Assembly: GCF_006345805.1 (NCBI RefSeq)
Contig: NC_042997.1
Location: 210,986,001-211,050,000, forward strand
DNA: 64,000 nucleotides
From: Octopus sinensis
Taxonomy: Eukaryota
Reading direction: 5' to 3'
Shown here: piece by piece, positions 10,819-22,224 of the stretch
How the letters are laid out: each line of letters opens with the position of its first letter
How positions within the stretch are numbered: position 1 is the stretch's first letter
Notes under the pieces: generated by a model
What the model saw: only the letters and a program-made list of their open reading frames with translations
The model's database searches: none
What the model was told of the DNA's origin: nothing
Translations under genes and position numbers: made by a program

Positions 10819-10901
10819 AACCTGGGAGAGACGAATATACACGAGGCGACTGTATCAATGCCATATATATTTATATATATATATACATGTATATATATAC
10901 A

Positions 10902-11325
10902 TTTTACTATTTTATTTGTTTCTGTCATTTGACTGTGGCCATGCTGTAGCACCGCCTTTAGTCGAGCATATCGACCCCAGGACTTATTCTTTGGAAGCCT
11001 ATTACTTATTCTATCAGTCTCTTTTGAGACTAAGTTACGGGGACTAAGTTACGGGGACGTAAACACACTAGCATCGGTTATCAAGCGATGTTGGGGGGGA
11101 CAAACACAGACACACAAACATATACACACACATACATACACACACATATATATACATATATACGACGGGCTTCTTTCAGTTTCCGTCTACCAAATCCACT
11201 CACAAGGCTTTGGTCGGCCCGAGGCTGTAGTAGAAGACACTTGTCCAAGGTGCCACGCAGTGGGACTGAACCCGGAATCATGTGGTTCGTAAACAAGCTA
11301 CTTACCACACAGCCACTCCTACGCC
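10902..11325 (-). mobile_element. SINE family A
   Basis: Same head, body and tail as 2419-2827. Confidence 0.9.
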
Positions 11326-11346
11326 TATATATTAATATATATAATA

Positions 11347-11429
<83 letters not shown>

Positions 11430-11441
11430 TAATATATATAT

Positions 11442-11509
<68 letters not shown>

Positions 11510-11732
11510 TATATTATGTGAAATAGAAAGATGAATAATGAATAATCTTGTAGTAGATTAAACAAAAGTTTAACCGATACCTTAGTAGCAAAAATCACAG
11601 CAGTAAACAGCACGGTTGGAGGTACAACCAACTGGCGTTGCAACCGTGCGTTGGTGCGGATAATTGAAATTAAAACATTATTGGTGAATTGAAGAAATGG
11701 AGCTGAACGCAGATTGAACAGAAATCGTTTTA

Positions 11733-11821
11733 TTTCATTCTACACGTGTTTCGAAAGGCACAAATTACCAAAATCCGATTGAATAATGGGACCATATTGT
11801 GTCTTTCTCTTCAGGAAGAAA
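11733..11821 (-). ncRNA. Type I hammerhead ribozyme (mirror copy in left arm)
   Basis: Exact reverse complement of 12044-12132. Confidence 0.8.
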
Positions 11822-12043
11822 AAAGGAAATCCGTTGGAAAACAAAAACAGAACAGAGGCGGAGCAAAAACAAATCGAACTATGCTCCTAAGAGCCCATGG
11901 CGAAACTGTTTATCAGTGTATGTGAGAAACCGGTGGCTCAACATACACTGATAAACAGTTTCGCCATGGGCTCTTAGGAGCATAGTTCGATTTGTTTTTG
12001 CTCCGCCTCTGTTCTGTTTTTGTTTTTCCAACGGATTTCCTTT

Positions 12044-12132
12044 TTTCTTCCTGAAGAGAAAGACACAATATGGTCCCATTATTCAATCGGATTTTGGTAA
12101 TTTGTGCCTTTCGAAACACGTGTAGAATGAAA
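12044..12132 (+). ncRNA. Type I hammerhead ribozyme
   Basis: TTTCTTC-CTGAAGA-GAAAGACACAA...TTGTGCCTTTC-GAA-ACACGTGT-A-GAATGAAA. Canonical core with G10.1-C11.1 pair, 10-bp stem II with one mismatch, palindromic ACACGTGT stem III, GUA site, 7-bp stem I with one bulge. Confidence 0.85.
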
Positions 12133-12489
12133 TAAAACGATTTCTGTTCAATCTGCGTTCAGCTCCATTTCTTCAATTCACCAATAATATATATATATAT
12201 ATATATATCACACAAACGTGGCTGTGTGGTAAGAAGCTTGCTTCCCAACCACATAGTTCCGGGTTCAGTCCCACTGTGTGACACCTTGGATAAGTGTCTT
12301 CTACTATAGCCTCGGGCCTAGTACTTATTTTATCGGTGTCCTTTGCTGACTCGCTAGGTTACGGGGACGTGAACACACCAGCATCGGTTGTCAAACGATG
12401 TTGGGGGACAAACACAGATACACAAACATACACACATACATAAATATACATACATACATACATACATACATACACACACATACACACAT

Positions 12490-13488
12490 ATACTTAGATA
12501 AACTTAGATGTGTTTCGACCAATGATTGGTCCAGGCCATGTCTAACTTAATAGCACCACCTGATAGGATTATTTGAATCCTGTTTAAGTCAGGTTTTGTT
12601 TATGGTCCATTCAAGTAGTGAGTTCTTGTTGGGTGAGTTGTATCCAAGTATGGGTGGCTTATCTGGTATTCCTTGAAGGAATCTATCCAGACTCCGTTTA
12701 AAGTTGATGGGATCCTTTTCCTCTTTGATCTCTTTCTGGACAATGTTAAATAGGGCAGGGCCTATTGAGGAAAAGAAATTATGTTGCATTGTACATGTAT
12801 GCTGTGATCTGGAATTGGGCAGGGGACGTATGGCCCGTGGTCCCAGTCTTGGATGAACCTTGAAGCTAATGTTCAGGTCGTTTGGGCAAAGTTGGCGGTA
12901 TATTCTCCACATCGTACAAATGATGTACCGCTCACGGCGACGCTGGAGAGAGTAGAGTTTCAAGGCTTAAGGCGATCCCAATATCGAGAGCAGCCATGCC
13001 TTCAACTCGTTTAGTGAGTGCCCTCTGGGGTGATTCAATCCTCGAGATGCTTTGTCTTGTATGGGGAGACCACAATGGGCAGCAGTATTCGGAGTGTGGC
13101 CTTACAAAGAAGGAGAAAAGTGGTATGATGACACCTTGTTCTCTGGACCGGAAAGTTCTTAAGATCCAGGAACTCATCCTACGAGCTATATCGACATTCT
13201 TGTTGATGTGTGCACTCCAACTGAGATCGTCATCAACAATTACACCCAGGTCTCTGATATTGTTAGAGGCTGTGAGCGGTTCCCCTGAAGGAAGAGAGTA
13301 TGGCTGTTTTAGAGAGGAATTTCTTCCAAAATGCATCAGCTCAAATTTTCCCTCGTTCAGTTGCATTTTGTTTCTGTCTGCTCATTGACTCACAGCATAT
13401 AGATCAGACTGGAGTTGAGTTCCGTCTGCTTCTTCATTCACGATTTGCTGGAGCTTAGTGTTATCAGCAAATATTTTCACTTTGCAGT
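12490..13488 (-). mobile_element. CR1/L2-group LINE, 5'-truncated at the RT catalytic motif
   Basis: KIFADNTKL ((Y/F)ADD motif), MQLNEGKFELMHFG, IRDLGVIVDDDLSWSAHI, VRPHSEYCCPLWSP, LKLYSLQRRRERY, through to the C-terminus and 3' UTR. One stop and one frameshift. Confidence 0.9.
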
Positions 13489-14011
13489 TACGACGGGCTT
13501 CTTTCAGTTTCCGTCTACCAAATCCCACACAAGGCTTTGATCGGCCCAAGGCTATAGTACTTGTCCAAGGTGCCACGCAGTGGGACTGAACCCGTAACCA
13601 TGTGGTTGGCAAGCAAACTTCTTACCACACACCCACTCCTGCGTCCCTGTAACTTAGCGTTTCGGCAAAAGAGACCGACAGAATAAGTACTAGGCTTACA
13701 AGTCCTGGCGTCGATTTCTTCGACTAAGGGCGGTGCTCCAGCGTGGCCGCAGTCAAATGACTGAAACAAGTAAAAGAGTAAAAGAATATATATTCTGTGA
13801 TTTGTTTGTCATTTGACTGCGACCACGCTGGAGCACCGCCTCTGTCTGTGTGCATGTGTAAAACATTTTACATGTTTGTGTTCGATAACGTATTTCAATG
13901 TTTTTTTTTTGTATTTGTGTTGTTCTCCTCCTTCGAGCAATCATCATTTTATTTCGATTGTAAACACGGAGAACAGGTAGGGACAGTAAAACAGCGAATT
14001 AAATGCCATGA

Positions 14012-14400
14012 GGCGCAGGAGTGGCTGTGTGGTAAGTAGCTTGCTAACCAACCACATGGTTCCGGGTTCAGTCCCACTGCGTGGCATCTTGGGCAAGTGT
14101 CTTCTGCTATAGCCTCGGGCCGACCAAAGCCTTGTGAGTGGATTTGGTAGACGGAAACTGAAAGAAGCCCATCGTATATATGTATATGTATGTGTGTGTG
14201 TGTTTGTCCCCTTAGCATTGCTTGACAACCGATGCTGGTGTGTTTACGTCCCCGTTACTTAGCGGTTCGGCAAAAGAGACCGATAGAATAAGTACTGGGC
14301 TTACAACGAATAAGTCCCGGGGTCGATTTGCTCGATTAAAGGCGGTGCTCCAGCATGGCCGAAGTCAAATGACTGAAACAAGTAAAAGAATAAAAGAATA
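14012..14400 (+). mobile_element. SINE family A
   Basis: Full-length copy. Confidence 0.9.
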
Positions 14401-14487
14401 ACCATTTACTTGCATAGTTTTGCATTCTGAGTTCAAATTTCCCTAAAGTCATCCTTCCAGGGTTAATAAAAAAATTTTTTTATTGCC

Positions 14488-14702
14488 CACAAGGAGCCAA
14501 ACATAAAGGAGACAAACAGGGACAGACAAACGGATTTAGTCGATTACATCAACCCCAGTGCGTAACTGGTACTCAATTTATCGACTCCGAAAGATGAAAG
14601 GCAAAGTCGACCTCGGCGGAATTTGAACTCAGAACGTAGCGGCAGACGAAATACCACTAAGCATTTCGCCCGGCGTGCTAACGGTTCTGCCAGCTCGCCG
14701 CC
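14488..14702 (-). mobile_element. SINE family C (tRNA-like head GGCGGCGAGCTGGCAGAA; central GCCTTTCATCCTTTCGGGGTCGATAAA..AGTACCAG)
   Basis: Repeated at 15500-15814, 22740-22946, 32256-32470, 40540-40765, 41660-42210 and 46558-47075. From memory the central block resembles the conserved Meta-SINE-type domain; this is not verified. Confidence 0.8.
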
Positions 14703-15187
14703 TTTCCAGGGTTAATAAAAGTACCATTCAATGGTTTCAAGCGAAGAAGTTGAACACGCGAAAACCAGAGACGATCTGCGTTCTCGGGCAAATCACTTGC
14801 ATTTGGTCTCTGGCAACGGTCACAGACTTCGTTAATTTCCTTGGAAAAAAAACTTTTATTTATTTATTTCTGTTTCATGACTTGTTGAGATTTGCTTTGA
14901 AGATGGTGGAAAGTGAAACAGACGATAGAGCGCGCGTGCACGTACACACACACACATTGACTTTCATGTTCATGATTTGAATAGTGAAGCACACACACTG
15001 CATAATGTGTGTAATGTATGTATGTATGTATTCATGTGTACGTGTATATGAGAGATAATGGGTGTGCGCGTGTGTGTGAATACAAACACATAAAGGTAAA
15101 CACACACGCACACACACACACACATTCACCCATCTTTCATATACACATATTCATATACATACATACATACATACATACATACATACA

Positions 15188-15220
<33 letters not shown>

Positions 15221-15231
15221 TACATACATAC

Positions 15232-16223
15232 AGATGAAAGGATGAGCCTTTATGAGCAGAAGACTATTCATAGGTATGTTAGTAGAAAGCTCCGAGATGA
15301 TAGTAACATCGATCGCCAAAGCAGTTTATCGTGGACCAGTAGCCGGATTACTACGTCCCACTTTGAAGGGTATGCATTTGCAATCCAGGAACAGGAAATA
15401 TCAACCAAATACCTGATGCACAAAAGGGATAGAGATGCAGGAAAAGCTGTAAAATGTGACAACCGATGCAGACTTTGTGGAGTTCACAGCGAAGATATCT
15501 ATTTCTTTACTACCCACAAGGGGCTAAACACAGAGGGGACAAACAAGGACAGACAAACGGATTAAGTCGATTATATCGACCCCAGTGCGTAACTGGTACT
15601 TATTTTAATCGACCCCGAAAGGATGAAAGGCAAAGCGACCTCGCGCGAAATATACATTCTTTAATACAACATTGGGGCTTAAGGTTGAACAAGGGGGGCT
15701 AAACAAGGACAGACAGGACAGACAAATAAGTCGATTATATCGACCCCAGTGCGTAACTGTAGTCTTATTTTAATCGACCTCGAAAGGATGAAAGGCAAAG
15801 TCGACCTCGGCGGAAGCGAAGATATCACCCACATCATAAGCAGTTGTCCGAAATGTCATCACGGTATTATCTACCGATGAGACATGACGTTGTAGCTAGA
15901 ATACCGTATAACGAGAACCCTCGAAAGGATAACTCCGAGGACAAATAAATAAGAACCATCACTATGGTAGAAATCATAGCCACTCATAATAAAAAGGGGT
16001 ACTGGTGGAATGTACCAGTGAAGACCTCAATAAAATGTAAGCACAACAGACCCGATATAATGATTTGGGATAGAGAAGAGAAACTGTGAACAGTTGTGGA
16101 AATTAGCTGCCCAGCGGATGTTAACATAAAGCTGAAGATCAGTGAAAAAGAGAACACCTATGCGGAACTATTGAGAAATCTGCAGTTCCTCTTTCCAGAT
16201 TACAAGTTCAGGTTTATACCTGT
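15232..16223 (+). mobile_element. Non-LTR retrotransposon fragment with CCHC zinc knuckle and restriction-like endonuclease (R2/R4/NeSL/CRE type)
   Basis: EGYAFAIQEQEISTKY..CRLCGVHSEDI | THIISSC..SSRYYLPMRHD..WWNVPVKT..HNRPDIMIWD..VVEISCP..KENTY. Interrupted by a SINE (15500-15814) and truncated by the N gap. Confidence 0.85.
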
Positions 16224-16323
16224 NNNNNNNNNNNNNNNNNNNNNNNNNNNNNNNNNNNNNNNNNNNNNNNNNNNNNNNNNNNNNNNNNNNNNNNNNNNNN
16301 NNNNNNNNNNNNNNNNNNNNNNN
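16224..16323. other. Assembly gap (100 N)
   Basis: Run of n; the true size is unknown. Confidence 1.
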
Positions 16324-16621
16324 TGTGTGTGTCTGGTGTGTGTGTGTGTGTGTGTGTGTGTTGGTATCGCCCTTCCATCCACAGCTGAACTGACACTTGC
16401 AGTGGAAAACAAAGCAGCAGCAGGCAAATAGTGAAAGGAAAAGAACACACACACACACACATATATATAAATACGTACACACACACACACCACACACGAA
16501 CGTAGCACTGAGAAAATAAACCAATTCCAAGTGTGTACGAGTGAGAGTGAGAGCGAGAGTGTGGAGTCGAGTCGAGTCGAGTCTAACCTCACGCCTCCAC
16601 TCAATATTGTAGACCTACAAG

Positions 16622-16880
16622 ATGGCGTCAAGTGTTTGGAACTCACTAACTTGCAATAACTTGTTTGTTGCTTTCGCTGCCGTTACTGGGTTTGTGGAGA
16701 AGAAAGAAGGCCAGAATGTGGATTATGTGTTCGTTGTGGAGGTGCTGTGGTCCGATGGACGGACCACTTACGTAAAACGGACTTATAATGACTTCGAAGC
16801 GTTACAAAGGGACTTGGAAACCTTCGTTAAAACCGAGAAACATACATTTGAAGGTTCCAACCCATTCCCCCGTTTAGAAG
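16622..16880 (+). CDS. PXDC1: First coding exon of a PX (phox homology) domain protein, PXDC1-like (p47phox/NOXO1-type PX)
   Basis: Strong Kozak AAGATGG and non-repetitive sequence. YVFVVEVLWSDG..YVKRTYNDFEALQRDL is a PX beta-strand/helix-1 signature. The N-terminus MASSVWNSLTCNNLFV aligns without gaps to MASAVFEGTSLVNMFV of vertebrate PXDC1 as I recall it. It ends at a phase-1 donor GAAG|GTAAAA (16880/16881), so the ORF-track tail KISHLLPL is intron read-through. Confidence 0.8.
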
Positions 16881-17446
16881 GTAAAATCTCACATTTACTA
16901 CCACTTTAGCCTAATTTTTCTTTACCCCGCCTCACTTATTATAACCACGGCTCTCTTTCTTATACCATAAATATTTATTTTAATTATATATTAATATTTT
17001 CTTTCACTTTTTTCCCTCTCTGTCAGAATTAAGAAAAGAAAAACTTATTTTTTCTTTCATTAGAAGTTTCCATTTTAAATTGGGTTTAATTTAGATGTTA
17101 GACTTCTTGTTAAATTAATGTGTGGCTTTTTCCTGCTTGATAGTGGTCGTTAGTCCTTTATTTCCCCTCTTGTTGACACACACATACACACCCACACATA
17201 TCTGTCTATCTATCTGTCTGTCTATTTATCTGTCTATCTAACTGCCTATCTATTTGTCTATCTATCTGTCTATCTATCTTCCTATCTATCTGTCTATCTA
17301 TCTTCCTATCTATCTGTCTATCTATCTGTCTATCTTCCTATCTATCTATCTATCTATCTATCTATCAGTCTATCATCCCTGCCTTTAAGTGTTGTTTCCT
17401 ACTTGTTGCTTGTATTGAGTTCATGTGAAGCACACACGCACAGACT

Positions 17447-17493
<47 letters not shown>

Positions 17494-17582
17494 CTTTTTG
17501 TTCACGTTTTGTTTAGATTTTAATATAAAAGTATAATTTAGTTTTTGTCTAGAATTCTGTTTTACGTTTGTAACACACACAT

Positions 17583-17615
<33 letters not shown>

Positions 17616-18614
17616 CATATGGAAATGTGGAACCAGTTCTGTAGTGGTTCATAATACAGTATTTCTTGTGGCTGTTAATATTGAATACTGTCATCAGAAC
17701 AATGGTAATGCCATAATGTTGGTGAAGAATTGATGGAATGGCGCGGTATTGGAACGGTGTTCTGTTTGTTTATATCACTAGATTTTACTTAATGAAGGGT
17801 TTACACATAAATATCGTTATACACTCGCTCACATATGTGTATGTGCTCCCTCATATCTATCTACATATGATCGAAATTTGACAGTTCTGAGATGTACACC
17901 GAAAGAATGCCTGTATGTATATATATATATAATATACACGCACACACACAAACATGTAATTAAGCTATTATAAGGTTGAAATATCTAATAGATTGTTGTT
18001 TGTTGAGAAGAAATGGATTTTTCATTCCACTACCCCAACATAAATGGTAATTCTCTCTCTCTCTCTCTCTCCAAGAAATATATTTCCTCTGAAGCTAACA
18101 CGTTTTTTGAAGGAGATGAGTATCTTTCATGGTAAATAGTCGCATCTTCATCACTTCCCAAACACTTCTTCCTATATCTGTCCTAATTCTTCGTGGCAGA
18201 AAAGTAATTCTTTGAATCATTTTCAAAGACAATTTCTTTGGCATGTCTCTCATATTGTCATCGTATTTTTCCTCTTAGGAATTTTCAGCAAGAATTTATA
18301 AATCTCCAACAACAGTCCCTTCATATCCTGTTTCTTAATTAAATTAATTTCTTACCAATCCTAAACATCGCAGACTTTCTGAAATGTCAACTTCCTAACG
18401 TTCTCTTTATTTTCAAGTCTATATTCTTTAAAGTCATTCCTCTAAAAATATCGGAGCCTACATATTATCGAACTATTTTGAGATTGTCTGTGAGTACAGT
18501 CTGTAAATTAACAGCATTCAAAGAATATTCTTTAATTCAATGTTGCTATTTTAGATTCCCTTTATATAGTAACGCAGCATATACACCCAACCTCGGGTTG
18601 TATATATATATCTA

Positions 18615-18654
<40 letters not shown>

Positions 18655-19863
18655 ATATGAGAGGAGAGATAGGGAGAGAGTATTATGAACCTCGCGTATT
18701 CCAAATACCAATATTTACTCCATTTATTCCCTGCAAACCAATTCCATTAATCATCGTTTAAGAACAAAATATAATTTTTGGATCGACATTCTGTTGTTGA
18801 TGCTAAAAGGAATCTGCGGACCATTGTTATTGTAATTATTTTTTTAAAAAAGATAACATAATTAATTGGTAGATCCATTAGAAGAACCAGTTCCGCAGAT
18901 TTCTCCGATGGTTCCTGTCACAGAGCCACCAACGGGAGGCGTGGGGTGGTGGTGGTGGCGGTGTGTCTGCTGAAGAGAGAGAATGTAGGGATTATTCTTC
19001 ACATTACTGCTATAACCACACATATACACAAACCTGTATGTACATCATACACATACAAATGTATAACGTCTTCTGTTGTTGTGTAGCCCCCCTGGTTAAT
19101 GATGAGCGAGCACACCTATCATTAAAGATATCCCAGCCGTGACTCTCACGTCTTTTTTTATGTGCAGGGAACCCAGTATCATTTATACAATGTGTTCTTT
19201 TTTCTTCTTAATACGGCGCGGGGATGTAATTTGAAGGAGATTTGGCTGCTATTTTCAGCATGTGGAGCAACCATGTAGTGGTTCCATCGTTGTGTCATTG
19301 AAACAATAGTGATGGTGGTGGTGCTGTGGTTACCACATGAAAGCTTCTTGTACTTCCTCAAACTTCCACTCTGCTACCAGCTGATCATGCCTCGCTCCCC
19401 CTCGCCTTCTGCCATTATCACCAAACTGTTTATTTCCCTGCCAGCCACCGCTTACATTCCAATCTTTCCTGCATGATTCCTGCTGCTGGATTCCATTCCA
19501 CAGGAAAAACCTACGTAGCAGTCTTCAATGGTGATTGAACCCAAGTGGAAAAAAAAAACCCATCAGCCGTCGCCGCAACCATTCTCATTTTGTCTTCCCA
19601 CCAGAATGCCTTTTGTCCTACGCACTCCTTAGTTTCCTCACCAACTAAAAATACCATCTTACTAAGCAGCTACCACTCATCTCTACCATTCCTTCAGCTA
19701 TTTACAGTCAAGTGTTGCTATACCACTGTTGTTGTGGTGGTGGGCGTGGGGGGAAAGGAGCCAAACCATCTTTGCTTACTGCTAACGAACGCATTCCTTC
19801 CCACTACGTGTGTGTGTGTTCACCCGCAGCTCTACAGTATCTACCTACGGAGATCTTATATTA

Positions 19864-20256
19864 TACTCTTTTACTTGTTTCAGTCATTTGACTGTGGCCA
19901 TGCTGGAGCACCGCCTTTAGTCGAGCAAATCGACCCCCCAGGACTTATCCTTTGTAAGCCTAGTACTTATTCTATCGGTGTCTTTTGCCGAACCGCTAAG
20001 TTACGGGGAAGTAAACACACCAGCATCGGTTGTCAAGCGATGTTGGAGGGACAAACACATACACACACACACACATATATATATACATATATACGACGGG
20101 CTTCTTTCAGTTTCCATCTATCAAATCCACTCACAAAGCTTTGGTCGGCCCAAGGCTATAGTAGAAGACACTTGCTCAAGGTGCCACGCAGTGAGACTGA
20201 ACCCGGAACCATGTGGTTGGTAAGCTAGCTACTTACCACACAGTCACTCCTACGCC
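19864..20256 (-). mobile_element. SINE family A
   Basis: Full-length copy, followed by an older diverged copy at about 20280-20620. Confidence 0.9.
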
Positions 20257-20654
20257 TATATAATATTGTTTCATTCATTAAACTTTGGCCATGCTGGGGC
20301 ACCGCCTTGAAATTTTAGCTTAACTAACCAACCCCATGACCTTGTTTTCTTTAAAACATGGTACTTATTCTGTCGGACTCTTCTGCCGAACTACTAGGTC
20401 ACAGGGACATAAATACACCAACACTGGTTGCCAAGCGATACTGGACACACACATACACACACATGAGGCTTCTTTCAGTTTCCATCTTCCAAATCCAGTC
20501 ACAAGGCTTTGGTCAACCCAAAGCTATAGTAGAAGACATTTGCCCAAGGTGCCACACAGTGGGATTGAACCCAGAATCATGTGGTTGGGAAACAAACTTC
20601 TTACTACGCAACCATGCCTCTGTGTGTGTGTGTGTGTGTGTTGTGGTTGATGCC

Positions 20655-20845
20655 AGCCCCCTCTGGTCCCACTACATCCACTACACTCTCGGAGTGGATG
20701 GCGTTAGGAAATGCATCCAGCTGTAGAAACATTGCCAGATAAGACCGGAGCCTGGTGCAACCTTCTGGCTTCCCAGATCCCCGGTCAAACCGTCCAACCC
20801 ATGCCAGCATGGAAAACAGACGTTAAACGACGATGATGATGATGA
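20655..20845 (-). mobile_element. RTE-associated SINE/LINE tail, family D ((GAT)n tail; GCCCTTCCTAACGCCAACCACTCC core)
   Basis: Very frequent: also about 26270-26590, 27410-27730, 29425-29760, 30455-30545, 31820-32120, 33690-34030, 34855-35245, 36775-37140, 39963-40155, 48420-48750, 50130-50365, 52931-53395, 53730-53825, 54905-55155 and 59750-60095. Strand varies by copy. Confidence 0.75.
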
Positions 20846-21228
20846 TATATAATCATGAAGGATGGTGGCTGTAGTTAACAGCGTACTTGTTTGTTTTATT
20901 TGATGTTGTCAAGAAACAGAGGCCGTTTGATTGTCTTTGTAAATATTATCAATATTTAGTTTATTGACAACAATATGGATCTCTTATTGATTATATGTTA
21001 ATGACAAATTCTTGTTAACGTTTTATGATAGATTAAAATCCTAAATCCGCGTCATTTGGATTGACACAGAGACAGAATCAGAATTAGTGATCCTGGGAAA
21101 GATCTGTCATGATTTGTGATGAAACCGTTTGTGGTGTCTGTCTGTCACCACTTCGCTACTCTGTTGTGTGTTCCCACATTCCATTATAGAGTTTAGACAC
21201 TTTGACAGCACTGCTCATATCAATACAC

Positions 21229-21263
<35 letters not shown>

Positions 21264-22004
21264 TATATGATAAGGAGAGAGAGAACGAGAGAGATTTTCA
21301 GTGAGCAAAAAATTACAAAGTGAGTCAAGATTTGAGAGATTCGTGCATAGCTTTTATCAAAGTTTGGTAAGTGCCATGCACAGAACTCTTGATCACTTCT
21401 TAGATCACTTTGTAACTTCTGCTGATTAATGAATATCTATCACTATTCACTTGTCTGTCTGTCTGTCTGTTTGTCTAGTTACTGCACCCCTCCCCCCAGT
21501 ACCACCTTAAACACCCTCAGTATAAATTCATTTGTGTGTGGGGCTATTACAATGTTCTCACAGCTAACACTCACTAAACTTGGTATTTCTCTGCTACCAT
21601 CTCGTATAACTTTGGCAGATGTTCAAAAGTAAATTAACTGAACATCTTTGCATGAATTCTTGTTGTCTGAAAAGAAAGAAAAAAATTCTTATACAAATAC
21701 ACGATGGAGTTCTGGGCATGAGGTTCTTTTTTTTCTTCATATTTATGAGTGCAAGTTGTCACATAATAAGATTAAAAGATATAGTCTAATCACTTCTGTC
21801 CTCTCAGTAAACTAACAAAACATTATCAAATATCAGCCTTTCTTTGGGTTTCATGAACTACATTGATTTGGAGATATCAAAAAATATCACAAACTGGACA
21901 TCGGTTAATTTAAGAGAAACTTGGGTGTCAAGAAGCGGTTTTTGTTTGTCTGTGGTGGTTGGGTGTTTAGATCCAATCATACTGCACAAAAACACTGACA
22001 TTAA

Positions 22005-22224
22005 CTCTTTCATTACCAACCCGGCTGAAACCAGCTCTGGCTCTGAGTACAAATGTCTTGTTTTCATAAGTTCTGAATTAAAATCTTCCATCAAACCTTA
22101 GTCACAATTTATGTTCCTAACACTAGCTGAATGATAACGAAGTTATTTTAGTAAATTCTTTGTTATATTTAAAGTAATTGAAAGAAACCCAGAGCATCTC
22201 AAAAGAAATACAGTAACGAAAGGG
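22005..22224. mobile_element. piggyBac-like MITE
   Basis: TTAA at both ends (22001-22004, 22225-22228). Termini CTCTTTCATTAC / GTAACGAAAGGG. A partial related end occurs at about 50505-50591. Confidence 0.7.

Larger units (their letters stand above)
11677..12188. repeat. Near-perfect inverted repeat (247/248-bp arms, 17-nt spacer) abutting (TA)n
   Basis: Arms 11677-11923 and 11941-12188 differ only by a single A/T-run indel that I could find. Confidence 0.95.

Noticed and set aside
8847-11643. Long ORFs of poly-I/L/S, YIYI, VCVC and HTHT in the ORF track (here and throughout)
   Set aside because: Translations of microsatellites, which lack stop codons in some frames.
18100-18540. Possible LINE remnant on the minus strand
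   Set aside because: Too many stops and no diagnostic motif, so it cannot be assigned by eye.
19545-20228. Longest ORF in the window (227 aa)
   Set aside because: The second half is the antisense of a family A SINE and the first half is low-complexity with no recognisable domain.
21844-22101. Overlapping ORFs on both strands
   Set aside because: Half of each ORF lies inside a piggyBac-like MITE (22005-22224).
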